A DNA stretch of 49,909 nucleotides, counting the filler, from Actinomycetota bacterium (GTDB lineage: Bacteria > Actinomycetota > Actinomycetes > JAKEEW01): assembly GCA_046725875.1 (NCBI GenBank). It is 2 parts of 2 records of this genome, joined end to end, with 100 filler letters (N's around TTAATTAATTAA, not from the genome) between each part and the next. Parts side by side here need not be neighbours in the genome. Positions count along the whole stretch, not along the records: positions 1 to 31,505 come from JBKOZJ010000195.1; 1 more part is not named here. One strand, 5' to 3'. Numbering within the stretch: position 1 is the stretch's first letter; the number at the start of each line of letters is the position of its first letter. The notes beneath the pieces are model-generated. The model searched no databases, was not told the origin of the DNA, and saw only the letters and a program-made list of their open reading frames with translations. Shown in pieces: positions 11,190-20,815 of this stretch. The position numbers and the translations under genes were made by a program.

Positions 11190-11460
11190 CGTCACCGGTC
11201 ACCAGCCGGGCGGCGGGAGCCGCGACGACTGTGGGAATGGTACGGCGACGGCCGCGAGCGCTAGCCATAGAGAACGCCGCCACCAGCGGGACCACGAACA
11301 CGGGTCCGCCCGCGTACCCACGAGCCGTGAACAAGGCCACCATCTCACCAGCGACGAGGACCCCGACCATGGGGCGCACGTCGGCGCAGGGGCAACGAGA
11401 GGCCGGCCAGCAGCAGGCAGCCGTAGCCGATGCCGTCCAGAGCCCGCTGGTCCGTCCCTG
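11190..11460 (-). pseudogene. Sensor histidine kinase N-terminal membrane fragment
   Basis: RALDGIGYGCLLLAGLSLPLRRR / frameshift / PMVGVLV..GYAGGPVFVVPLVAAFS resembles actinobacterial kinase sensor regions; no kinase core. Confidence 0.5.
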
Positions 11461-12060
11461 CCCTGCCGATGCCGAATTGCTGCTGGGTGGAACGGGAGCG
11501 CGGTGGTTAGCCGGTTGATTCCAGCCTTTGAATGGCGACTGTTTCCACGCTTAAGCGTGGACGGAATCGTTGAACATGCCTGGTCTCAAAGCGATGCTTT
11601 CGACCTATCCCACGCCTCTCCATCCGCCAGGAGGGGAGGACGCGAGACGTTTTGCGACCAACTGAAACCGGCTGGTTTATGGCCGGTGGGAATCCTGACC
11701 CACGAATCTCCATGACATTAGGGAGAACATTGCGATGACTTCCGATCTCTCCGGAGATCGGAAGGGAGGGAGCAGCCCCTCCTCGGAAAGACGGCCCGGC
11801 AACGACGGAGGTTCGGGCCAGGTGTGGCCGGTGGAGAGCGGTCCATCCACCGGCCACACACCCATCGGTCCACACCCGCTGGCCGGCCGCACCGTCAACC
11901 GCCGCACCCTACCAAAATCACGTCTCCCGTCTCCCTCAACGTAAGACCGCCGACGGCAGTCCCGCCATGGAGGACGATGCCGTCATCCGGGAATGGCTCG
12001 ATGGGTAAGCCTTGGCTGAATCGTGCGATCAGTGGTGCGCTGGATTCAATACTGGGTCGC

Positions 12061-13071
12061 ATGACAGAGACGCCACCGTCCGACCCCCACATCGCCGGCA
12101 CAGCTGAGTCAGCGCCGCTAGCGAAGGTGACCAGCGATTTCGATTTCCTGGTGGGCAGGTTCGACGTGATCAACCGGCGGTTGATCAACCCCTTGACTGG
12201 GAGCGAGGCGTGGGAGGAGTTTCCGGCGACCGCGATCGCGCGGACGCATTTCAACGGGGCGATCAGTGTCGACGAGATGTGCTTTCCGACCAAGGGCTTC
12301 TTTGGAATGTCAATCCGACTGTTCAATCCGGTGGCCCGGGAGTGGACGGTGTATTGGGTGAACAGCAAGACCGGTGCCTTGCAGGCACCGGTACGCGGCC
12401 GATGGGCGGACGGTGCCAGCCTGCTTTTCGGCGACGACGAGCATGACGGCACGCCGGTGCGGGCCAGCTACCAATGGTCGGAGGTCAAGGAGCGGACAGC
12501 GCACTGGGAGCAGGCGTTCTCCGTCGACAATGGCGAGACCTGGGAGACCAACTGGACGATGGACTGGTCGCGCCGGGATGATGAGCCGGAGGTGGCGCCC
12601 CTCCCGAAGCTGACCGAGGACTTCGACTTTCTCGTCGGACGATGGAGTGTCACCCATCGTCGGCTGTCGAGGCTGGGCAGCGACGATTGGTCGGTGTCTG
12701 CCGGCACGGCGATCGGCTGGACCTATTTCAACGGTGGCGTGAGCATGGACGAGTTCCATTTCCCGACTCACGGCACTCGAGGCCTGACGGTGCGCCTCTT
12801 TGATCCCGGCGCGAAGACGTGGTCGATCTACTGGGTCAGCAGCGTCGACGGCAGGTTGCAGCCACCTGTGCATGGCGGCTTCGATCGTCGGGCCGGCGAA
12901 TTCTACGGCGACGACGTGTACAACAACCAACCCATCCGCGTCCGATTCCTCTGGTCCCGCATCAGCGCGCGGTCGGCCCGGTGGGAGCAGGCGTTTTCCA
13001 CCGATGCGGGCGAGACCTGGGACACCAACTGGGTGATGTATCTCACCCGCATCGGGGACGAGCCAGGGTGA
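12061..13071 (+). CDS. Tandem DUF1579-like domain protein
   Basis: Two copies of DFDFLVGR...FNG..S.DE..FPT...RLF.P...W..YWV.S...WEQAFS.D.GETW.TNW.M. Confidence 0.85.
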   Translation: MTETPPSDPHIAGTAESAPLAKVTSDFDFLVGRFDVINRRLINPLTGSEAWEEFPATAIARTHFNGAISVDEMCFPTKGFFGMSIRLFNPVAREWTVYWVNSKTGALQAPVRGRWADGASLLFGDDEHDGTPVRASYQWSEVKERTAHWEQAFSVDNGETWETNWTMDWSRRDDEPEVAPLPKLTEDFDFLVGRWSVTHRRLSRLGSDDWSVSAGTAIGWTYFNGGVSMDEFHFPTHGTRGLTVRLFDPGAKTWSIYWVSSVDGRLQPPVHGGFDRRAGEFYGDDVYNNQPIRVRFLWSRISARSARWEQAFSTDAGETWDTNWVMYLTRIGDEPG

Positions 13072-13223
13072 TGTGCCTGTTCAAGCTCAAACGACGGGAA
13101 GGAACGACCTGGACCGCCCGTCGACGTCGTGTCATCGGAAGATCTCGCAGGCTGATCGCCGTCCAAGCCTTCGGCCACCACGACGACATCGGCGTCACCC
13201 ACCGGCCCGCCTTTGATCGTGCC

Positions 13224-14222
13224 TCAGGCGGTACGCCCGTTCGCTGTGTCGCCGGCTGCGGCGAGGATCGAGGCGGCCAGGGGGGTGTGCCGGTAGACGA
13301 CGTTGCGGCCAGACCGCCGGGAGGTGAGCAGGCCGGTACGGCGGAGCACCGAGAGATGCTGGCTGACCGAGCCAGGACTTTGCTGAAGCTGCTGCGCTAG
13401 CTGGGTGGTGGTCATCGGGATGGCCAGCCGGTTGAGGATGGTTGCGCGGGTGCGGCCGAGCAGAGCGCCCAGACCCTCGTCCTGCAGTGACGACTGTGGG
13501 AGGTCCTCCCAGACCCGGCCGACGCCGCGGGCGGCGAAAGTCAGGTCGAACCGGCCGGGGGTGTCATGCGCGATGATCAAGTTGGGCCACACGAACACCG
13601 ACGGAATCATCGTAATCTCGGCCTCGCCGTAGGTTGCGTCGGCGTGCTGCGGCTTATCGATGTAGAGCACCTGGTCGCGGAGGGAGACCTCGGGGTGCAG
13701 GTCGGACAGCAGGTTGTAAAGCCGGCCGGACAGCACCTGGATAGCCCGGTAGGACACCTCGTCGTCGACCACCGACCGGATGCGACTCCAGCACGGGCTG
13801 ATGGCCAGCTGCCAGTAATCCCAGATGGCCTCGGCGAGGCGCCGGCATCCAGCCCGCCCATCATTGATCAGGTGCGTGACCTCGGGTGGCGGCCGGCCAT
13901 CCCAAACCTCGATGAGCTGCCTGCGCGGTATCTCCGCCGGCAGGTCGGCCAAGCCGGCCAGCTGCCGCTCGATGGTGATCTTTCGGTCGGGAGACCAGGC
14001 CAACATGAAGTCAGGGCCCCACCTGCCCGGCGGGCAGACAGACATCAGGAGCCGCAGATCGACCGCGTCCAGCCGACCTCGCACCTGCTGAACCCACGGT
14101 CGCAGCACGAATCCTGGCGACGGCGAACCCAGCGCACGCAGGCTGCACGTCACCTCGGCCAGCGGCGAATAGCCAAATCGTGTCCGGCCCAGCGCATCAA
14201 TGCTGAGCCGGAACTCGATCAT
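13224..14222 (-). CDS. ArsR-type regulator with N-terminal DUF5937
   Basis: RTRFGYSPLAE start, MIPSVFVWP, ALLGRTRA..L..PMTTTQLA...SVSQHLSVLRRTGL..RRSGRNVVY. Confidence 0.9.
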   Translation of the reverse strand: MIEFRLSIDALGRTRFGYSPLAEVTCSLRALGSPSPGFVLRPWVQQVRGRLDAVDLRLLMSVCPPGRWGPDFMLAWSPDRKITIERQLAGLADLPAEIPRRQLIEVWDGRPPPEVTHLINDGRAGCRRLAEAIWDYWQLAISPCWSRIRSVVDDEVSYRAIQVLSGRLYNLLSDLHPEVSLRDQVLYIDKPQHADATYGEAEITMIPSVFVWPNLIIAHDTPGRFDLTFAARGVGRVWEDLPQSSLQDEGLGALLGRTRATILNRLAIPMTTTQLAQQLQQSPGSVSQHLSVLRRTGLLTSRRSGRNVVYRHTPLAASILAAAGDTANGRTA

Positions 14223-14469
14223 TCAGCGATTCTATGAATCCGCGATCGGACCCATCCAACATTCGATCCAAGCCTAATCAGACTTGCTCCGTCGAATGTG
14301 TCGGCCGCCGGGAAGTTGGGTTACGAGGTCGGCCCAACCCGCATGGGCGATGTCGCGTCCGGGTACCCAAAACATGCCCAGCGGCACCGGTGTGATCTCG
14401 ACACTGCTCACCATCTCGACGGTCTCCGGCTTCCGATCGAACCGTCAGATCGTGCTGTCCAAGGCGCGG

Positions 14470-14683
14470 CAGTGGCCAGACGCACGCCGTGATGCACCGC
14501 CAGCCATCTGCGCGGGCGCTCATACACATCGATGTACCGGCTGTATCGCTCGGGCCTTTCCCAGCCGCGCGCCCACACCGCGGCGGTGTCACCATCGGCG
14601 ACTCGGTGCCAGGACTCGTCGTCAACGGGCCAGTGGTGGGAGTCGTAATCGTGCTCGACAGCCACCGACCCGAATCCCGACAC
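14470..14683 (-). pseudogene. SnoaL/DUF4440-like remnant
   Basis: GDTAAV...SRYIDVYER then frameshift to ADGWRCITACVWPL. Confidence 0.5.
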
Positions 14684-14761
14684 GCGTCGATGGGAGCTTC
14701 AACATTCCTTGCCCAGTCGTGCTTGGATCCCGAACGGGTCTGGCGCTGGGTGCTGCTGGCC

Positions 14762-15412
14762 TCAAGCCGCGGCGAGTTCGGCTCGGGCTTGCTCGATCCA
14801 GCGGGCAGTACCGCGAGCCCCGCTGTCTTCGGCGATGGCATAAGCCTCGTCCAGGAGGGCCGCGGCCCGCTGTGAATCACGTTCCTCCGCGGCGAGCTCG
14901 GCCAGGGCAAGCAGCCCGGCAGCCACGCCGGGCCGAAACCCGATTTCACGTCGTAGGCGCACGGACTCCTCGAGCCGCTCACGCGCCGCATCAAGATTGC
15001 CGGCGGCCATGTCGGCGTAGCCGAGATGACGGCACGCATACGACAGGGTCAGCTTGTCTTCGACCTCCGCCGCCAGCTCGTACGACCGCTCAAGGGCCGG
15101 GACAGCGGCCGCGTTGTCATGGTGAACAACCTGATAGAAGATCCCCACCCAAAACAGCGCTTCGGCCTCGCCCCGCCGATCGCCCAGGCGCTGATAGAGC
15201 CTCGCGGCCAACACGAAAAGGGCTAGCTGCCGCGGATCCTCTCGTCGTTCGTGGAGAAAGCGTGCATGCGCGATGCGCCCGCGAGCGAGGGCCAAGTCCG
15301 CCTCCACCTCATCGAGCACACGGTCCGCTGCCGCCAAGGCGTCCACGTCGCCACCGAAGATGGCACTCTCGTACAGCCGCTTAGCACAATCAGCCCAGTT
15401 GTCCTCACTCAT
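14762..15412 (-). CDS. Tetratricopeptide-repeat protein
   Basis: Helical repeats GDRRGEAEALFWVG, SYACRHLG..AGNLDAARERLEES. Confidence 0.8.
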   Translation of the reverse strand: MSEDNWADCAKRLYESAIFGGDVDALAAADRVLDEVEADLALARGRIAHARFLHERREDPRQLALFVLAARLYQRLGDRRGEAEALFWVGIFYQVVHHDNAAAVPALERSYELAAEVEDKLTLSYACRHLGYADMAAGNLDAARERLEESVRLRREIGFRPGVAAGLLALAELAAEERDSQRAAALLDEAYAIAEDSGARGTARWIEQARAELAAA

Positions 15413-15860
15413 GAACGCACCCCTACCAAGCGCGCGTGCCTACGCATGTGCCACCACGTGCTCGTTGACGATGTTCGTCGCGCTCCGTCTCTCCCTCCCT
15501 CTCCGTACCGGCGTCTCGATTCCTAAGACTTGCTGCCCTGGATCCCTGAGTCAGGGGGCCTCCCGACGGTCCAAGCCTGGTCCGTGGCAGGAGGTTAGAA
15601 CACGAGAGTCGAATGGGCCACGATTCGCCACACGCCAAATCGAGTCTGGCGTGGGAGGCAGGCCCCTCTGCTCGGCAACGGACAGAGGATCTGGCCGGGC
15701 GAGAGCTTGCTCCACATGAGCTGGTAGCTGTAGGAACGGCCGTCCTGCCCCGATCCGAGCGCATTCAGCTGGTCTAACTCGCCAGCTCACCGGTGGTCAT
15801 CGACACCCGTCACGTAGGGCTCGACGAGCGTGAGCACCATTCGACTCGGGCCGCGTCGTT

Positions 15861-16418
15861 TCAGTATTGAGCTTGGTTTGCCTGCCGGTGGCGTCGGTAG
15901 TAGGTGTTGGACTTGGCGCGGGAGCCGCAGACGGCCATGTTGCACCAGACTGCGGAGCGGTTGCGGGAGGGGTCGTAGAAGACCCAGCGGCAGTCTGGGG
16001 CGGCGCAGACTTTGAGGCGGTCCCAGTCGCCGGTCCTGGTGCCTTCGAACCCGGCGACGAGGACGCGGGCGAGGGCGGCCTTGGTGCCGGTGCCCGCGGG
16101 TTCTAGACCGAGCCGGCCGCTGTGGTCGGCGGTCGGGCGCAGGGGGAGGTTCCGCAGTACCGAGGGGGCGCCGGCTGGCCGGTTCCTGGTGAGCAGGTCG
16201 CGTAGCGCCGCCCGCACCTGCACCGCGAGGGCGAGGTCATCGTGGGTCACGGCGGTGCCGGGCGGTAGCAGCGCCCGGTCGACCAGCCAGCGACGCAGCT
16301 CGCCCGGGCCGGTCCAGGTTTCCTCGCCGGTGCGTCGCCAGGTGGTGTTGACGAACTCCTGCACCAGCCGCGTCGGCTCGGGCGCGGCCGGCCGCTGCCC
16401 CCGGACGGCCTCGTGCAT
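15861..16418 (-). CDS. CGNR zinc-finger (ABATE) regulator
   Basis: EFVNT, RLKVCAAPDCRWVFYDPSRN...WCNMAVCGSRAK. Confidence 0.92.
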   Translation of the reverse strand: MHEAVRGQRPAAPEPTRLVQEFVNTTWRRTGEETWTGPGELRRWLVDRALLPPGTAVTHDDLALAVQVRAALRDLLTRNRPAGAPSVLRNLPLRPTADHSGRLGLEPAGTGTKAALARVLVAGFEGTRTGDWDRLKVCAAPDCRWVFYDPSRNRSAVWCNMAVCGSRAKSNTYYRRHRQANQAQY

Positions 16419-16437
16419 GAGCTAGAATCTTACCGGC

Positions 16438-16456
16438 TAACCTAGTTTGCTGGTTA
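16438..16456. promoter_or_regulatory. Candidate CGNR-protein operator TAACC-N9-GGTTA
   Basis: Inverted repeat in the 62-bp divergent spacer. Confidence 0.55.
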
Positions 16457-16480
16457 TAGGCGGCGCGCGCGGAGGGCGAC

Positions 16481-17482
16481 ATGGTGGACGACTGGGGGCG
16501 CGGCTGGACACCACCGACCTACCGGGTCGACGCCGCCGGCCGGGTTGTCGGCGCGACAGCCGGGCGCACCCCGAACAATTGGGGACGATGGGGCGACCTG
16601 GACGAGGTCGGGACGGTCAACTTCATCACTCCCGAGCGGGTGCGCGCCGCGACCAGCCTGGCACTGGCGGGTGAGGTGGTCAGTTGTGCGATCCCGATCG
16701 AGGAGGACATGCCGGTGCATCCGTCGCGCCCGTCGGTCGTGCACACCCACGCCATCACCGGCACCGACGTCGTCGCAGGACTCGTCAACGACCGAGCCAA
16801 CGGAGGCTTTTTCGGCAGCGACGACTATCTGTCGTTCCCCCTCCAAAGCGCCACCCACTGGGACGGCCTGGCACACGTCTTCACCGCGGACACACTGTAC
16901 AACGGGTTTTGGGTCGGCAACGTCGGTGCGGCCGGCGGCGCCCGCCGGTGCGGGATCCACCTGCTCGCCGGCAGCCTGACCGGCCGAGGTGTGCTGCTTG
17001 ACCTGCCGCGCTTCCAAGCGGTGCAACGGCTCCTGCCCGGTCAGGCCATCCACGCCGAGGACCTGGCCGCCTGCGCCGCCGCCCAGCAGGTCGAACTGCG
17101 CAGCGGCGACATCCTGCTCATCCGCACCGGCGAGTTGCCCTGGTTCTACTCCTTGCCAGACAAGACCGCGTATTGGACCGGCGAGCATCCCGGGCTTTCG
17201 GTGACCACCGTCGGCTGGATCCACGACCACGAGTTCGCCGCCATCGCCGTGGACAACCGCACCTTCGAAGTCACCCCCTTCGAGACACCCTATGATGTGA
17301 CCTATCCACTGCATTCGCGGCTGATCCGAGACCTCGGCCTGACCATCGGGGAACTGTGGTGGCTAGAGGATCTCGCCGCCGCCTGCGACCGGCTGGGCCG
17401 GTGGGAGTTCCTGCTCAGCGCACCCCCACTACGGGTCGCCAACGCTTCCGGCGCCCCCACCACCCCGTTGGCCTTCCTCTGA
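16481..17482 (+). CDS. Cyclase-family metal-dependent hydrolase
   Basis: NNWGRWG.LDEVGTVNFI, QSATHWDGLAH, GRGVLLD, GDILLIRTG, GELWWL. Confidence 0.92.
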   Translation: MVDDWGRGWTPPTYRVDAAGRVVGATAGRTPNNWGRWGDLDEVGTVNFITPERVRAATSLALAGEVVSCAIPIEEDMPVHPSRPSVVHTHAITGTDVVAGLVNDRANGGFFGSDDYLSFPLQSATHWDGLAHVFTADTLYNGFWVGNVGAAGGARRCGIHLLAGSLTGRGVLLDLPRFQAVQRLLPGQAIHAEDLAACAAAQQVELRSGDILLIRTGELPWFYSLPDKTAYWTGEHPGLSVTTVGWIHDHEFAAIAVDNRTFEVTPFETPYDVTYPLHSRLIRDLGLTIGELWWLEDLAAACDRLGRWEFLLSAPPLRVANASGAPTTPLAFL

Positions 17483-17509
17483 TCGACCGGAGTCCGGGGC
17501 GCTGCGTGT

Positions 17510-18283
17510 CTAAGCGGCTGGGGCCTGCATATCAGCGCCGGTCACGCGGAGGATGGCGCCTTGTGGATCGGACATGATTAGCGATCCCGGGCCGACGGTT
17601 TCCACGGTCGGGCGCAGCAGCCGATCTTTGTGCTGGAGGATCGATGTAATGGCCGAGACGCTGGCCGCGTTGAAGGTGAGGATCCAGCCTGTCGGGTCTG
17701 GCTCATGAGGGGTGCACCGGATTCTGGCCGTAACCGGGCCGCAGCCGGTGATCTGGGTGTGGCTGTCGCGGTGGCGCGCCGCCCAGCCAAACAGCTGGGT
17801 GTAGAACCGTTCGGCCGTCTTCACGGCGCTGACAGCGAGCTCGGCTTCGTTCCACGCCCCCACGCCCGTCAGCCGGTCCGCGCGGGGGTGGGTGGAAGAC
17901 CGCCAAAGGGTGACCATCCCGCCGAGCCGGTCGCTAACCGGCGCCGTCCAGCAGTCGTCGCCAAGTGGGAATGGCGGACCCGACAGCTGGCCACCGAGAC
18001 GGCGTGCGCGGATCGCGGCACGGCCGAGGCTAGCTACCGATACGAAGCCGGACCAATGCGATGGCATCCCCGCCCGGCGTGCAGCCTCGGCCAGTGGATA
18101 CACCATGGCGACCGTTCCGCCGTGATGCGTGAACAGCCAGGTCTCACCGCCAGGCAGCGCGATGGCGGTCCAGCCGAACAGTTCGCCATAGAACTGCAAG
18201 GCACCGGGCACGTCAGTGGTGGCAAGACCAGCCCAGCAGAATTCACCAGCGTTAAGAGGTGCTGCCGTGGATCCTCGGGCCAT
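17510..18283 (-). CDS. Two-domain VOC/glyoxalase-family protein
   Basis: GEFCWAGLATTD..ALQFYGELFGW; second domain AERFYTQLFGW, DPQGA; looks diverged. Confidence 0.82.
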   Translation of the reverse strand: MARGSTAAPLNAGEFCWAGLATTDVPGALQFYGELFGWTAIALPGGETWLFTHHGGTVAMVYPLAEAARRAGMPSHWSGFVSVASLGRAAIRARRLGGQLSGPPFPLGDDCWTAPVSDRLGGMVTLWRSSTHPRADRLTGVGAWNEAELAVSAVKTAERFYTQLFGWAARHRDSHTQITGCGPVTARIRCTPHEPDPTGWILTFNAASVSAITSILQHKDRLLRPTVETVGPGSLIMSDPQGAILRVTGADMQAPAA

Positions 18284-18614
18284 CAGGCCTCCCAAGGTCC
18301 GAACCGCGATCTGCTGCGGAGGCTAGAACACGCGGTCGGTAGGGGCCACGATTCGCCCTACGCCGAATCGCGAGGCATGCGGCGGGGCGGCGACCACTCC
18401 TCCATAGGACATCAGATAGAGGGACCACAGGGCGCAAACCCCTGACGCGCGCATGCCGTGGCCACCTCCGCCACGGCACGTGCTACCGCTGCTTCGCGGT
18501 CGGGAGATTCGTGTGTAACCTTCAGCTCCCTCTGGCGCTGATTGCCTGAAGGTATGCAGTCTTCGGAAGGAGAGCCGCCTCAATCGGCAAGCTCATCACT
18601 CGGGAGCAAATGGT

Positions 18615-19529
18615 TTGACAGTGGCGTTATTGGACGCTCAGGATGCGGTCGTGCGCGATGAGATCGACAAGTTCGTGGATGTGCCGGGCGGCTTTCTATA
18701 CTGCCGGACTTGGGGTCAGGGACAGGATGTGGTCCTGCTCAACGCCGGCGCGGCGGATCTTCGAATGTGGGAGACGACCATCCCCTGGCTGGCAGAGGTC
18801 GCGCGGGTCACGACCTTTGACTACCGGGACACGGGCCTGTCTTCCCCCGGCACCGAGCCCTACAGCGAAATTGAGGACATCGCCGCTGTGATGGACGCCG
18901 CCGGCGTGCTCTCCGCGGTGCTTGTCGGCGTCTCCGACGGAGCACGACGCGCGCTCGCCTTCGCACACCAGTACCCCGAAAGGGTCAGCCGGGTCGTCGC
19001 GGTGGGTGGCGCGTTCGGCGACTTCCCGGATCCGAACCCGGAGGAGGCCGCGGCACGGCAGGAGATGCAGGACATTATCGCCCGTGTCCAACGCATACGG
19101 ACGAACACGGGGATCCACGCAGGGGCCGAGGCGGATATCGACGCGTGGGCTCCAGCGCTCGACTCGTATCATCGGCGCAAGATGATTGGCCTGCACGTTG
19201 CAAACGACTACTGGGTCGCGCTTGAGGACTATTTGGGCAGCGAACTCGACCCGCCCGTCAAGACCCGCTTCGCCGAGATCGCCACCCCGATCAGCGTTCT
19301 CGTGGGCGAACACGACTTCGAAGGCACCAGACTGTGGGCCCAGCGGATAGCGAACCAGGCGCCCAACGCGAGCCTCACGGTTGTTCCCGAGGCCGATCAC
19401 TTCCCGATGCTTTCAGCGCCGCAACAATTCGAACGTATCCTGCGTGAGGCTTTGAGGGAACCGCCGGTCAGCGCAGCGTCTGACACTGCTGCCCCCGACA
19501 CAGGACACCTGAGCCAGAGTTCACCTTGA
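18615..19529 (+). CDS. Alpha/beta hydrolase
   Basis: GVSDG nucleophile elbow, VGEHD, ADHFP; start uncertain. Confidence 0.88.
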   Translation: MTVALLDAQDAVVRDEIDKFVDVPGGFLYCRTWGQGQDVVLLNAGAADLRMWETTIPWLAEVARVTTFDYRDTGLSSPGTEPYSEIEDIAAVMDAAGVLSAVLVGVSDGARRALAFAHQYPERVSRVVAVGGAFGDFPDPNPEEAAARQEMQDIIARVQRIRTNTGIHAGAEADIDAWAPALDSYHRRKMIGLHVANDYWVALEDYLGSELDPPVKTRFAEIATPISVLVGEHDFEGTRLWAQRIANQAPNASLTVVPEADHFPMLSAPQQFERILREALREPPVSAASDTAAPDTGHLSQSSP

Positions 19530-19979
19530 CCGAGCCGAAGCTGCGCCACGGGGGCCAGGACAGCGTGAGCAGTTCGTCGTCGTCCTGGCCGATATGGTCT
19601 TTAGCTACTTTGGATCGGCGATTAAACGGTTGGGTGCGCCCGGGCCTGCCTGGTGGCCAGCTCCAGGCACATCCCGAGGTCAAAGTCCACCTGGCCGACG
19701 GCTGCAAACCGGCCGGGCAGATCGACTGCCGCGCGAACTGTGGAAATACGATTCGGGCAGACGCGAATCGTGGCAACGATCCCTGGCATCCCACAGGCTA
19801 ATCATGAGTGCCCCTCGGGATCGCCTCCGGCTCAACCGAGCAGGCTCTGCCCATCCCCCCGAGCAGACGAGTCAGGATGCCGTTACTGCTGACTCGGTTC
19901 CCGAGGGCGCTCACCACATCCCCGCTCAGGAAGCCGCCCAAGCCCCGAATCCTATCGATCAACCAAGGCCCGAAACGGC

Positions 19980-20150
19980 TGTCAACGGCAACCGAAAACT
20001 GACCGGCTGGCGGCAGCGCCCTTCAACGCCCGGGTCAGGAACGCCACCTCGGCGAGGACATCGCGGCTGCTGCTGGTCCTGGTGGCCATCACGCCACCCC
20101 GCCGTCGTCGAGCCCGAGCGCGATGTCGTAGTCGGTCAGCGGCCGCGTCT
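19980..20150 (-). mobile_element. IS21-family remnant (istA end, istB start, one terminal repeat)
   Basis: RPLTDYDIALGLDDGGVA* overlapping (TGATG) MATRTSSSRDVLAEVAFLTRALK; IS21-like end TGTCAACGGCAACCGAAAACTGACC at 19980-20004. Confidence 0.8.
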
Positions 20151-20301
20151 GGGCGGCGGACGCCGCCGACTCCGAACGCGCTCCAGTCGTGGTGCGGTTG
20201 GATCGCGAGCTGGCGCCGTTGAAGCTGCATCGCTTCACCGCCAAAGCGCCGCGTGAGCCGTTGCCGAACTTCGTCGTCGACGATGGGCGAGTCCACTCGT
20301 G

Positions 20302-20625
20302 TTACCCAAGGCCTTCTGTTAGGTCGAGATGATCCAGCCGTGTCGGAAGCTGTTCCAGGCGCGGCGCTAGGCCGCCTGGCCATCGCCGGGTCTTGGGCGT
20401 GTCGCTGTGCCGGTTGCGGAAGAGGCGTACCGCGCTCGCGAGGTCGTCGAGGTGCCAGCGCAGTCGATAGAGGGTGATGACTCTGAGGTCGATCTCACGA
20501 CCGGTGGCCTGCTGGTAGTGGTCGAGGCCTTCGGGTCGGTTGGTGCGATCAGCGATAGGTCGCGTTCTGGCGGGGCAAGAGCGGCGGTATCCCAGTCGAT
20601 CAAGACGAAGCGGCCGTCCACTGAC
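20302..20625 (-). pseudogene. Aminoglycoside-phosphotransferase-like C-terminal fragment
   Basis: FVLIDWDTAALAPPERDL then frameshift to YQQATGREID..LYRLRWHLDDLA. Confidence 0.75.
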
Positions 20626-20815
20626 TGGGAACTGTGCCGACGTTCGCGCTTCTCGGAGGCATCTTTGTTTACCTGCTCGCACACGTCGCCTTCCGCCTCC
20701 GCCTGCACAGCGGTCCCGGCATCGGCCGTCTCACGGCGGCCCGGGCCTAACGGCACCCCTGGCATGAGCAGCCCTTTCGACGGTGCCCGGTCGCCGACGA
20801 CCACTGCGGTCACGC

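Noticed and set aside
11735..11944. 69-aa ORF with a plausible RBS
   Set aside because: Low-complexity product, no family motifs, overlaps the hairpin cluster; cannot be excluded but is unsupported
14284..15384. Long Arg/Pro-rich ORFs (also 20367-21497, 20783-21904, 47490-49055)
   Set aside because: Shadow frames of real genes in high-GC DNA
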